From Macrostomum lignano (Eukaryota), in assembly GCA_002269645.1 (NCBI GenBank), contig NIVC01001050.1:309679-373678 (forward strand): DNA of 64,000 nt. Direction: 5' to 3'. The position numbers and the translations under genes were made by a program. The number at the start of each line of letters is the position of its first letter. Position 1 is the first letter of the stretch. Positions 1 to 11,151 of this stretch are shown piece by piece. Under the pieces are notes generated by a model. That model did no database searches. It was not told the DNA's origin and worked only from the letters and a program-made list of their open reading frames with translations.

Positions 1-456
1 GGAATGAGTTCGGGTCACGTGATAAAAGGATTGAGCTCGGGTCACGTGACAAAAAGATTGAGCTCGGGTCACGTGACAAAAACATTGAGCTCGGGTCACG
101 TGACAAACGAACCGGGTTCAAGTCACGTGACAAAAGGATCGGGTTTAAGTCACATGACAAAATGATTCAGCTCGGGTCACGTGACATAAGGATTGAGTTC
201 GGGTCACGTGATAAAAGGATTGAGCTCGGGTCACGTGACAAAAAGATTGAGCTCGGGTCACGTGACAAAAACATTGAGCTCGGGTCACGTGACAAACGAA
301 CCGGGTTCAAGTCACGTGACAAAAGGATCGGGTTTAAGTCACATGACAAAATGATTCAGCTCGGGTCACGTGACAAAAGGATTGAGTTTGGGTCACGTGA
401 CAAAAGGATTGAGTTCGGGTCACGTGACAAAAGGACTGAGTTCAGATCACGTGACA
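1..456. repeat. 27-bp minisatellite (GGGTCACGTGACAAAAGGATTGAGTTC-type), 17 units, 189-bp higher-order repeat
   Basis: GTCACGTGAC-type core every 27 nt; variant units recur 189 nt apart (14/203, 149/338). Confidence 0.95.
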
Positions 457-536
457 AGGGATCGACTTGAGGTTTTGTGGGGTTTAAGATGACAACAGAC
501 GAATAAATAGATGGCTTCACACGGCAAACAACACAC

Positions 537-963
537 CTGAATAGCCTCATCAGCGCAATACCAAGCGGCCTCAGATCCGTAGACTTTGCTAATAGCAGCT
601 TCGGCTTGGAACTCGGCCACGCCAGAATCCATCAGGCCGCTAACTAGGTAAGCCATAGACTCAGTTGCATAGTGCTTAGCAGCCATCCTAGCCAGCTTCT
701 CCTGGATAGCTCCGTAGCTGGAGATCTTCGCTCCGAACTGGGTCCGGCCGGCCGCGTGCTCCGAGGCCTTAGCAATGCACAGTCGCATTGTCCCGGACAG
801 AGCCGCTGCCATGCCGAATCGGCCATTGTTGAGCACATTCATGGCCACCTTGAATCCGTTGCCAACTCCGCCCAGTACATTTTCAACTGGGATTTCGGTG
901 TCTTCGAAATAGAGAGCGGCCGTGTTGCTGCACTTGATACCCATCTTCTTCTCGGGTGGTCCG
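537..963 (-). CDS. ACADVL: ACADVL exon 6 ([15 protein letters not shown]...[14 protein letters not shown]...[14 protein letters not shown]...EAIQ); gene continues beyond the left edge
   Basis: CTCCAG acceptor, CAG|GTGTG donor, 427 nt; motifs match VLCAD/ACAD9. The GGMGF/RDLRIFRIFEG C-terminus is not in the window. Confidence 0.96.
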
Positions 964-1096
964 CTGGAGTTTATTATAGTTGGAGTAGGGGCCATCTCTA
1001 TTCAGTGCTGTGAGCTAACTGATTGCTAACTAGATCTGCTTTGAATGTACTGTAAATAGTAGCTAGATCTAGTATCTACAGTAGTAGTCTATTTAG

Positions 1097-1306
1097 CAGT
1101 CTAATTGGGCAGTTAGATCTTCCAGTAGTCTAATTGGGCAGTTAGATCTTCCAGTAGTCTAATGGGCAGTTAGATCTTCCAGTAGGCTAATTGGGCAGTT
1201 AGATCTGCCAGTAGTCTAATTGGGCAGTTAGATCTTCCAGTAGTCTAATTGGGCAGTTAGATCTGCCAGTAGGCTAATTGGACAGTTGGATCTGCCAGTA
1301 TTCTAA
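1097..1306. repeat. 29-bp minisatellite AGTTAGATCTTCCAGTAGTCTAATTGGGC
   Basis: About 7 tandem units in the ACADVL intron between coding exons 5 and 6. Confidence 0.9.
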
Positions 1307-2004
1307 TAGGTTATCTAATATTCTAATAGCAGTTACTTGTAGATTTACCAGTAGCTATTCTAATTGGTAGATAGATTTATCATTAGCTTATTTAGACGGT
1401 TTGAATAACTATAACCATAATATAATAATATTTATTAGACATACAGAAGACTGAAAATGAGTATTTTAGCATTTTAAAATACACGAGTACTACTACTGCT
1501 ACTTGTAGTAGGCTAGACTTTTTAAGCAAGTGAAAAACACTTGAAAATGAAATACTTATTTTCTGAGTGCTGAGAGAGCAACTGACACACCTACAGGCCG
1601 ATAAACTGGTTCTGATAGTAGAGCAGAAAAACACACAACAAGTGACTAAGGGGTTGAAATTCAAATGCACCTTGAGCCACAGTCCACTAGGTTTCTAAGC
1701 CATGTCTAATTATTAAAGATCAAGACAACTCAACAACCTTTGAACTTTGGACGGAACAGTTAGACCTTAGTTGAAACGATCTAACCCTTGGAGATTAGGC
1801 CAGTAAGCGGTGCTTGGTGAAGCAAGTTAGGTGGGTTACGATTCAATAGCCTTTTCGAAGCATACGTTGGAAAATCAGAAAACAACTCTATAGCTGCAAG
1901 CCTGCATTTACAGTCTTAGAAAAGAATTAAAGCTTTAGGATAGTAAAAATTGTTAAAATAAAAATTCTGAATAAAATTAGAGATTACAACAGTTAAGGCT
2001 GTAG

Positions 2005-2470
2005 GATGAGATTAGAGGCTGTCAGATGGGATTAGAGACTGTCGGGTGAGATTAGAGGCTGTCGGATGGGATTAGAGACTGTCGGATGGGATTAGAGGCT
2101 GTCGGGTGGGATTAGAAGCTGTCGGGTGGGATTAGAGGCTGTCGGATAGGATTAGAGGCTGTCGGATGGGATTAGAGGCTGTCGGATGGGATTAGAGGCT
2201 GTCGGGTGAGATTAGAGGCTGTCGGATGGGATTAGAGACTGTCGGATGGGATTAGAGGCTGTCGGGTGGGATTAGACGCTGTCGGGTGGGATTAGACGCT
2301 GTCGGGTGGGATTAGAGGCTGCCGGATGGGATTAGAGGCTGTCGGATGGGATTAGAGGCTGTCGGATGGGATTAGAGGCTGTCGGATGGGATTAGAGACT
2401 GTCGGATGGGATTAGAGACTGTCGGATGGGATTAGAGGCTGTCGGATGGGATTAGAGACTGTCGGACCGA
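2005..2470. repeat. 20-bp minisatellite GGCTGTCGGATGGGATTAGA
   Basis: More than 20 tandem units; degenerate relatives continue to ~2690. Confidence 0.93.
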
Positions 2471-2745
2471 ATTAGAAAACTTTCAGTATGGGATTTTATG
2501 GTTAAGGATGGGATTAGGTGCTTAAAAATGGGATCAGAGATTTTGAGATGGGATTAGAGGCTTCAGGGTGGGATCCAAAGGTTTCAGAGTGAAATCTGAA
2601 GATTCAGAGTGGGAGCTGCGGCTTCAGGGTGGGATCCAAGGGATTCAGGGTGGAATCTGAAGATTCAGTGTGAAATTTAAGACTTCAGGGCAGTGATCAA
2701 TTGCATCACAATGAGTTCAAAAATAATAACTCAATGCCGTTTTAC

Positions 2746-3062
2746 CTGCTAACACCGCCAAATCCTCGTTCGACAATAAAAGCCGTCACCTTGTCCTTAG
2801 CGGCTCCAGTAGCTTCATCTTTAACCTCGGTCTTGGCGAACACTGTCATCACATCGGCAATGCCGCCATTGCTGATCCACAACTTGGAGCCGTTCATCTT
2901 GTAGTGCTTGCCGCAGGGCGACAGCACAGCCCGAGTCTGCACCGAGCCGGCATCAGAGCCCGAGCTCGGCTCAGTCAAACAGTACGCCGCGAACTTTTTA
3001 CCAGAAGCCAAATCTGGCAGGTATTTCTGCTTCTGCTCGTGCGTGCCGTACAGGGTGATGCC
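2746..3062 (-). CDS. ACADVL: ACADVL exon 5 (GITLYG...[16 protein letters not shown]...[10 protein letters not shown]...ERGFGGVS)
   Basis: Acyl-CoA dehydrogenase signature LTEPSSGSD and GSKLWISNG; ACACAG acceptor, AG|GTAAA donor; 317 nt. Confidence 0.96.
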
Positions 3063-3105
3063 CTGTGTGGTTTGGGGTTGGTGCTTGGTTCACAGTAGTG
3101 ATAGG

Positions 3106-3240
3106 TAGACACACCCTCAATTACCCCAGCTAATGCTGGCACCCATTTTACAGCTGGGTGAACTGAAGCAATGCAGAGTTAAGTGTCTTGCTCAATTGTT
3201 CCAGTGGGATCAGGAATCGAACTCCCGACCTTTCAGTCGG
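3106..3240 (-). mobile_element. tRNA-derived SINE, partial copy A
   Basis: Reverse complement matches copies B and C (GACTGAAAGGTCG...TTCGATTCC...GAGCAAGACACTT...CCCAGCTGTAAAATGGGTGCCAGCATTAGCTGGGGTAATTGAGG); lacks the A-box end. Confidence 0.85.
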
Positions 3241-3474
3241 TTGTCGTGCAATTCAATCTATGATGGCCAACCGCCAAGACAATTTGCTCAGGAAGTTAGT
3301 GGAGAATCCGGCCAGCTCAAGATTGGGTTTTCTTTTTAGCTCTCTTATACGGCTTAAAACTTCTCTCTCCTCTTTTTTTATCAATCCTCTTTTCACTTCC
3401 CTCTCTTCTTATCTTCTCTTCTCTCATCTCATCTCTCATCTCCTTTCTCTCTTCGATTCCCTCTCCTCTCAGAC

Positions 3475-3600
3475 CTTAAATCCGATGCTCTGATGAGCGC
3501 CAAGGGCGATACCGACTCCCAGATCGTAGGCGCCGACAACTTCAACTAAACGGGCGTATTGGGTGTTGCTCAGGCCGAGGCCGCCGTATTCTATGGGTAC
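3475..3600 (-). CDS. ACADVL: ACADVL exon 4 ([42 protein letters not shown])
   Basis: 126 nt between CTCCAG and AAG|GT; VLCAD-type NTQYARL...GAHQSIGFK motif. Missing from the ORF track. Confidence 0.95.
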
Positions 3601-3785
3601 CTGGAGTGCAGGCGAAACTTTGCGTAGTTGATACGGTGAAGCGTGTACTGATAATAAGCGTGTTCTAAGATTCTGGCTTTGGAATAGTGAACGACAATGT
3701 GGGATGTAAATTGGAAATGGGAAGATGGTAAGTGAGAGTGAATTGAGATAGGAATGTGGGATTGGGGGATATCAGATGAGACGTG

Positions 3786-4140
3786 AATGTGGGATTGGGG
3801 AATATGGGATGGGATGGGAATGTGGAATTGGGGAATATGGGATGAGATGGGAATGTGGAATTGGGGAATATGGGATGGGATGGGAATGTGGAATTGGGGA
3901 ATATGGGATGGGATGGGAATGTGGAATTGGGGAATATGGGATGGGATGGGAATGTGGAATTGGGGAATATGGGATGGGATTGTGGAATTGGGGAATATGG
4001 GATGGGATGGGAATGTGGAATTGGGGAATATGGGATGGGATGGGAATGTGGAATTGGGGAATATGGGATGGGATGGGAATGTGGAATTGGGGAATATGGG
4101 ATGGGATGGGAATGTGGAATTGGGGAATATGGGATGAGAT
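3786..4140. repeat. 33-bp G-rich minisatellite GGGAATGTGGAATTGGGGAATATGGGATGGGAT
   Basis: About 10 units; source of the WDGMGMWNWGI-type artefact ORFs. Confidence 0.93.
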
Positions 4141-4188
4141 GTGAAATTAAGGAGCGACTGAGTGAAGAACACAATGAAGGACACGAAC

Positions 4189-4419
4189 CTGCAATCCGAA
4201 GGCGCCCATCTCAGCCAGTCCAGTGAGCGTATTGGGCTCGATGGTCTCTAAGGCGTCATTCTTATCGGCGTTGTTCACCTCCTGGAAGAATTTATCGACG
4301 GGTTCCACCATGCCGGCAAGAGTTGACCGCTGGTCAGAGTCCAATACAGACGGGAAGGGCGTCAGCTGCTTCGTGTTAACGCGTCCGGAGAATAGGTTCA
4401 GCACGAAGGAGTCGCTGGC
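4189..4419 (-). CDS. ACADVL: ACADVL exon 3 (ASDSFVLNLFSG...LAEMGAFGLQ)
   Basis: TTCAG acceptor, CAG|GT donor, 231 nt. Matches the VLCAD N-terminal domain (SFAVGMFKG...KNDALE...ELGAFGLQ). Confidence 0.93.
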
Positions 4420-4494
4420 CTGAAGGTGCGAGTGTTCAGTGCCAGCATGGAGTAATGATGAAGGCTGGTGCAGTTAGAGAATGGCATCTCAGCA

Positions 4495-4920
4495 ACTGAC
4501 GATCTGAGAGGCTGGCCCAGCAAATGAGGATCTGGGAGGCTGGCCCAGCAACTGGGGATCTGGGAGGCTGGCCCAGCAACTGAGGATCTGGGAGGCTGGC
4601 CCAGCAACTGAGGATCTGGGAGGCTGGCCCAGCAACTGAGCATCTGGGAGGCTGGCCCAGCAACTGGGGATCTGGGAGGCTGGCCCAGCAACTGGGGATC
4701 TGGGAGGCTGGCCCAGCAACTGAGCATCTGGGAGGCTGGCCCAGCAACTGAGGATCTGGGAGGCTGGCCAAGCAACTGAGCATCTGGGAGGCTGGCCAAG
4801 CAACTGAGCATCTGGGAGGCTGGCCCAGCAACTGAGGATCTGGGAGGCTGGCTCAGCAACTGAGCATCTGGGAGGCTGGCCCAGCAACTGAGCATCTGGG
4901 AGGCTGGCCCAGCAACTAAG
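4495..4920. repeat. 28-bp minisatellite CTGGGAGGCTGGCCCAGCAACTGAGGAT
   Basis: About 15 tandem units. Confidence 0.93.
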
Positions 4921-5112
4921 GATTTAGTAAGGAAGGTGGCAATAGCATAGCTTACTTATGACAAACCCAAATCCCAACTTGCCAAGAATTATCTAATCTG
5001 CCTCTTATAGTTACAAATATATATAAATTTACCCATCCTATTATAGACTAGTCAATATGAATCAAATTAAAATGAATTTAGACAATTCTAGCAGAAATTA
5101 TACAAAACTTAC

Positions 5113-5188
5113 CTCATTTGACTTAGCATCTTTGCTTGATTCAGCAGTAGAAGCAGTTGCTGCATATCTACTTGTTAATCTTGGAATA
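5113..5188 (-). CDS. ACADVL: ACADVL coding exon 2 (IPRLTSRYAATASTAESSKDAKSNE)
   Basis: Acceptor TTCATTTTTAG and consensus donor GAG|GTAAGT; 76 nt (1+75); joins exon 3 in frame. Confidence 0.75.
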
Positions 5189-7361
5189 CTAAAAATGAAC
5201 ATGAAATATAGAAGGATAAAACCAGCATATATATTAAGTAAACATTATATTAATATTAATTTTCAAAACCAGAAAGTATAAAAAAGAAGCCAACTATTGC
5301 AAATACCATGAAATATTTTATTAGAACATATATACAAATTAAGGATATCACTATACATACTATACATAAAGTTACTTTTGTGGCGGCCAGACTGTACGCG
5401 ACCGGCAGCACCAGTGCAGCCGCACTGAAACCCCCCCCAACCTCTGTCTAGCTGAGGTGGGGTTGCTAGGCCAAGCTAGCCAGCTCGCTAAGCCGGGGGG
5501 GGGGGGGGGGGGCGTAGCCTATCACGCTACGCCACCTGTTCACACCTCCCTAGGCCTCTCAATCTCGCACAGTTTGTGTAAATATAAATATACGCGAAAA
5601 CCAGCACAAAATCTTTGCTGCCATTCCATCTGTTGAACTAATTAAGGCCTTCCGCCTCACTATCATACTATTATTAATAAAAATAAGTTAGTTGAGGTTA
5701 ATCTAACCTATATTTGTCTTGTTATAAATACTTAGCATTGGCATAATCTTTTATAGCTTAGTTAGTAAAATTACAAATATTTTAATTTATATTAAACATT
5801 AATATCAATAGCACTATGTAACACAATATTTATCTATAGGCTAGAATGCTTTTTCCCATTTGTCATGCCAAAATGAAGTGAAAAATAGTATTCTTTTACC
5901 CCAGGGACTTAGACTTTGGTTTTAAACTGTATACTTCAGCTTAGTGGAATTATAATAGCATATACAAACACATAATCTTGAATAATTGAAGTCAGGCTTG
6001 CCAACCAAAAGTTTTTATGCAAACAGCTATTAAATTGAGTTTAGTAATCGACCAAGACTAAGAAAAAGAAACTTTTCAATGAAAGACAAGATTTTTTTGT
6101 TACATGGTGTAGCATTATAATAGAATTTTATTATCACATTATACACAGTAGGGCAATCGGGGAAGGGGTGAAGGGCTAGTTGCCCCGTCCTTTTGGTAGA
6201 GACCAAAAAATCTAAGTGGGGACCAAGTAATTTTTTCCAAAATATAGAGCTACCCACTTTATTATCTCCCCTTGGGTTTTACTTTCTAGAATCTACCTCC
6301 TTCCAACAAATTTTGTCATCTTATGCCATGTCTTCATCTTTATCCATTTTGAAAATAAGACACTAAGACACTAATAAGTCATCATCTAGCTAATTGGTAT
6401 GCTTTAAAGTTTTGTCAGTTTATCATTTACTAATAAAAACTATTATAGACTCAATTTATACATGCCATTGCATACAACTATATATAAAAACTAAGGCCAA
6501 ACTATGAGACTTCAAGGCTATGAAACATAATTGTCCCCTTCTCCTTTCTTATTCTGGACTTGGGACTAGAGAATTACAAAGTTACAATACACAGGATTTA
6601 TAATAGTAAAGTAAATATAATATGAAATGCAATTTAAAGGAAAAATGTAGATAAAAGAAAGGAAAGAAGAGGTGAGAAAAAGAGAAAAGAGACAATTTTG
6701 CTCTATATCTTAATTTTTTTCAATAGTGCATCTTGAATGAAATGTTTCTTGGAAATACATTTAGAAAGTTTTCACACACATCTATAGGATAAACAATATG
6801 CCTACTCAATAGAAAAAACAAACTCAATTAAAAATAAAAGTTAATTAGGCCTGCATATTAACTAATACCATTATAGAAGTTTGCCTTCACCAAATTTGTT
6901 TATGGTGATTGGTGAATCTTTATTGCCAAAGTTATTTATTGCCAAATAATTGGTTAACACATAAGTTAGCCTATAGTGATGACAAAGTGTCTACAAGTCT
7001 TGGTCACATTTTTATCCACCCTTTTAGACCTTGGTCTTTGACCTTGGACAGTTCATCATCTGGATGACAAAGTTGTAAGATGATAGTGTCTAGGAATGCA
7101 AATTTCTAGTTGTAGGCCCTACTATTGATTTATATAATTTTGAAAACTAAAATATAAATTTGGAGTTCATGAAAATAAAATTCTTAATATCAATGAATAA
7201 TTTAAACTAATATTGCAATATTTAGGCCTAGCTAGAAGACTATTTGATTATATGCCTAATATAATATAATGATTATTAAAACTAATATAGTAATAATAGA
7301 TAATAACATAATCAAAACTATAAGTATAATGGCTTTTATTACGGCTTTATAAATTGCATAC

Positions 7362-7426
7362 CTTGAATTAACTTGGATAAATGACTTTAGAACATTCAGC
7401 TTTTTGAGAACCTGAACAGAGTACAT
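7362..7426 (-). CDS. ACADVL: ACADVL coding exon 1, putative mitochondrial targeting peptide (MYSVQVLKKLNVLKSFIQVNS)
   Basis: AAAAA-ATG at 7426; open frame; donor AAG|GTATGC at 7361. Its phase-2 end joins the 5113-5188 exon in frame. Basic, acid-free peptide. Not confirmable by homology. Confidence 0.6.
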
Positions 7427-8699
7427 TTTTTATCTCACTGTCTGTCTGAGACTGTCTCTAATGAAACTTGTATTAGGGAAGAAAAAAAAGATCTTAAATG
7501 AACTTTAGCAGTAACCTTATGCGCAGCTGCTAGCAAGTAAGGCAGTAACTAACTACCAGTATAGTAGTCGCAGTGGTACTTGCTTTATAGTTTATAGCAC
7601 ACTTGTATGACAAAGCAAAAGATAGATAACGATTGAGGAGTGAGGACCCCGTGGAAGTGAAGTGAACGATTTCTTAAAATTTTACAGTTTAAAAAAATTT
7701 TAGCATCCAAAGCTATTCAAAATAGTTGCGGAGCCAGACTATTAAATGCTTTTAAAAGTAACAGTGGGTCTAAAGCTCATAATTTTGCCTGAAAATGCGT
7801 AAATATATTACTGCGTTAGTTTTACTGTGTATACTATGATTTATTATTTCTGGAATTTTACACACAAAACTCTCTTGAAATTTTTATTTTTTCCAGAGGG
7901 ACGATCATTGAAGGACGACCCGTTCCCTCTACATAAAAAAACTAGTTAAACTAATCATTCAGCTCATTCCTTTGGTACTTTTTCTCACTTCGTCATATAT
8001 CACTTCGTCATATAATTTTTCAAAGCTACTTTGCTTCTGGTCACTTCGTCATCTGATATGACGAAATGGAATATGACGATCTGACCAGTGACCACAAATA
8101 GAGGGAGGTTTTGAGATGCGGAATTATTTGCACAGTAAAATTAAAAAATTAAAATTGAAGAAATCGAATGTAATGTCCATGCATATACAACTTAATACCT
8201 GCATATTGTGCTGTAGATGTACATTCGTAAGTTGCATTTAAAATTTTATTGTTCAAGTTTGTACATAGTTACAACTGTATAGACTATGCACGTAAAATGA
8301 GGGTTGATTTGACTTCTTGAATTTAGTTGTTGGGGACCTCGATCCGTGCGCGCATAATTGCATGGATACCGCGCGGGGACGCGTTGATCCCGGCGACAAT
8401 GGACAGCTAGTGCTGCGGTGTCGCGCCAAGGTCTACTAGACTAGACTAACAAATTAGTGTTAATTTTTCTATGTGGTTCAATCTTTTGACGCGCAGGGTC
8501 GAGATCCGGTCGTACCGGGTTCCGCAGCGGCAGCGCGGTCCCCGGCCTACGGAGATCGAGTCCAGCCTAGATATTGGTTTATTGTTTCTTCATGATGACG
8601 GCTTTGTTCTAGAGCAAGATTTGTTAAGTTTTGTTGATTTTGCAAGATTTGTTGATTTTGCAATTGTGAACATGATAGCCATGATGCATGGTTTTTAAG

Positions 8700-9600
8700 C
8701 CGAGAGCTTGAGACCGCAACTCTCGTGCCAATATCGCTCGATCGGCACGGTGGATGAAAGCTTGAAGGAGCTGTGGCGGTGACATTATAGCGAAGGTCCG
8801 GCTGAACAATTCATCCCTGACCAGTTCCAGAAAATCGTTCCGAGGACTCCACAATGCGGTCTACCTTTCTGGACCTCCAGAATTAAAGGTGAGGTGTCGG
8901 AGGGGCCAGTGCGAGTTTGGCAGTCCGATAGGTAGAACACGTATACATGATCCAGCGTTGAAGTCCTCGTGACGCCCACTATTCCAGGACACGCCTACTT
9001 CAAAGAACACACCAATACCGAGGGCGCATATCCCTGCACCGAGCAGTGCACGCTCCAGCTTGTCGACAATGGCATGCATGAGACGAAACGAAATGAAATG
9101 CCTGGCATTGAAACGTCCAGGTCGAAAGACGTGCTGGTTGAGAGAGGAGACGCCAGAGTACCAGCCGTTCCATCAGAGTGAGGAAGAAAGACGTCAGACT
9201 GATGGGGTGGTAAGCTTTGGCAGAGTGACAGCAAGGACCACTGTATTATAGCTACATACAGTGGTCCTTGAGTGACAGTCTCCCTAATTCCCTAGTTTGG
9301 GTATGAAGACTATCGAGACCTCTTGCTAAGCCTGGGCACGTACATGTACATGTACCCCGAGGGTAAGGCAGGCCTTGAAGAGGTTGCACAAGGAGGCCGA
9401 GGAACCTGTAATATTTAAATGCTTCATGGAGGGATCCAAGCGCCAGGGTGCCACCAAGGGGTTGTTGTTTTGCCTTTGTGTAGGCTTTGAGAGGACAGGG
9501 AGATTCATGAGCTGACTGACATCATCCAGGAGCTATAGGCATTATCCACTTCCTGACCAGCCCGCGGCAGAGAGATATTGGACATGTCCGGATATTGGGG
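8700..9600 (-). mobile_element. Decayed, internally deleted non-LTR retrotransposon (R1/LOA-like) containing an RT fragment
   Basis: Minus-strand translation across frameshifts gives LFKACLTLG, SIVFIPKLG, AKAYHPISLTSFFLTLMERLV and QHVFRPGR...IVDKLERALL, which are LINE RT N-terminal motifs. DNA at 9428-9557 and 9558-9591 matches the plus-strand LINE at 11965-12096 and 10657-10686. Confidence 0.8.
9232..9270. mobile_element. 39-bp TIR-only insertion (14-bp perfect inverted repeats) with 8-bp target-site duplication
   Basis: CAAGGACCACTGTA at 9232-9245 and TACAGTGGTCCTTG at 9257-9270; AGTGACAG directly flanks both sides (9224-9231, 9271-9278). Confidence 0.8.
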
Positions 9601-10124
9601 TAAATAGGTTGCCTGCAGTACGTGGCATGAATCTTGAAGCAAGTCACGAACCCAGAGCCGAGTTGTATGAAACCACATGTGGTACCTAAAATAGAGCTGA
9701 ATTAGTCTTTTTCAATCGACAAAGATAACTATAGAAAAAATAATTCCAAGATAAAAATAACATAATTCGATGGATTGCAGTTTAGTGGAGATAATTTTAT
9801 TTGTTTAAAGATTTTTAACGATTTTCATGGCGAAATGGACTTCGCTGCGAAACTAAAAAGCCACAGGCATCTATTTCTGAGACTGAAATATCCCAGCGGC
9901 AATTATATTTATTTTTAGGAAGTGGTCTGCTATTTATATGTTTTGCTATGGGAAATTTAGGTCCCGTCAAAGTGCCCGAAGCTCGAATTGAAAGACCGAC
10001 TGGCTTCCACCCTTGTTGACGTCTGCATTGCCCACTGGGAAACCAACGACAGGCGTACGTCTCTGGACTGAGTTCTAAATTATATTCCTATCCCTTGTTT
10101 TCCCAAACTGATCTCTAAACACTG

Positions 10125-10560
10125 ATGTGTCACTTTCAGACTGACGTGACTCCCAGGCTGATGATGTAACCTCTAGACTCACGTGACCTCCCCGTATTGA
10201 TTTGACTCCCAGACTGATGTGACCTAAGACTGATGTCGCTCTCAAACTGACGTGACTCCCAGGCTGATGTGACTCCCAGACTGATGTGAACTCAGACTGA
10301 TCACTGATGTGACACCCAGGCTGATGTGACCTCTAGACTCACGTGACCTCCCCGGATTGATTTGACTCCCAGACTGATGTGACCCCCAGACTGATGTGAC
10401 CCCCAGACTGATGTGACCCCCAGACTGATGTGACCCCCAGACTGATGTGACCCCCAGACTGATGTGGCCCCCAGACTGATGTGACCCCCAGACTGATGTG
10501 ACCCCCAGACTGATGTGACCCCCAGACTGATGTGACCCCCAGACTGATATGACCTGATGA
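10125..10560. repeat. 16-bp minisatellite CCCCAGACTGATGTGA, left part
   Basis: Tandem units, homogeneous from ~10370 to 10545. Confidence 0.92.
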
Positions 10561-10644
10561 TGTGATGTGCAATGGCGGGTACAGCACGCCTGTGTAGCAT
10601 GAGACAGACTAGGCCTACGAGCTAAGGTCTGCGATCCTACACGG

Positions 10645-11151
10645 ATGCTCCGCTACCCGGACATGTCCATTATCTCTGTCGGGCTGTTGCAGATTCAGCT
10701 CTTTAGCTTCGAGTCTGACGCCACCCGCCCACCGCCCCCGGAGAAGCGTAAGCGGGCAGTCGGGGACTCTGCCGGGCGGAAACGCCCAGGAAAAGAAGCT
10801 CCCGGCCGTCACGACCCCTCAGAGGACGTGGACCCTGTCAGAGGGAAAGCCGCGAAAGCTGCAGCAACAGGCGGACGTGGAAAGGGCATGAAACCCGCCC
10901 GGAACACTATCCGCTCTGGTCTAACTCAGCGCGCGAAGCAGCTGCTGGACACCGCCAAGGCCACCAACCGCAGCCACCCCCAGCCCAGTGTCACCACTGT
11001 GGCTCCCCCGGAAAACCGGGCCGAGAGCGAGAATGCCGCCCAGGTAGCGACATCGCCCTCGACCATGGAATCCATCCGGGAGGAGCACATGGAGCTGGAG
11101 CCTGAAGCTATCGGCGAGGCAGAAGAGGCAGCTCTGCACAACTCGCCTTGA
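10645..11151 (+). CDS. LINE ORF1 (gag-like) C-terminal fragment
   Basis: Basic, low-complexity ORF immediately upstream of and overlapping ORF2; family inferred from position only. Confidence 0.55.
   Translation: MLRYPDMSIISVGLLQIQLFSFESDATRPPPPEKRKRAVGDSAGRKRPGKEAPGRHDPSEDVDPVRGKAAKAAATGGRGKGMKPARNTIRSGLTQRAKQLLDTAKATNRSHPQPSVTTVAPPENRAESENAAQVATSPSTMESIREEHMELEPEAIGEAEEAALHNSP

Noticed and set aside
6030-6257. RING-finger-like ORF (DCPTVY...PCNKK)
   Set aside because: Cys/His spacing is incomplete, and it lies in AT-rich ACADVL intron 1.
7925-8105. Small MITE with CCCTCTA/TAGAGGG ends and CACTTCGTCAT repeats
   Set aside because: The terminal match is only 7 bp with no duplication; insufficient without genomic copies.
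9985-10002. AATTG(G)AAAGACCGACT shared with 33626-33642, both upstream of arrays
   Set aside because: A single ~16-nt match with no further shared flank; cannot support a satellite-carrying element.
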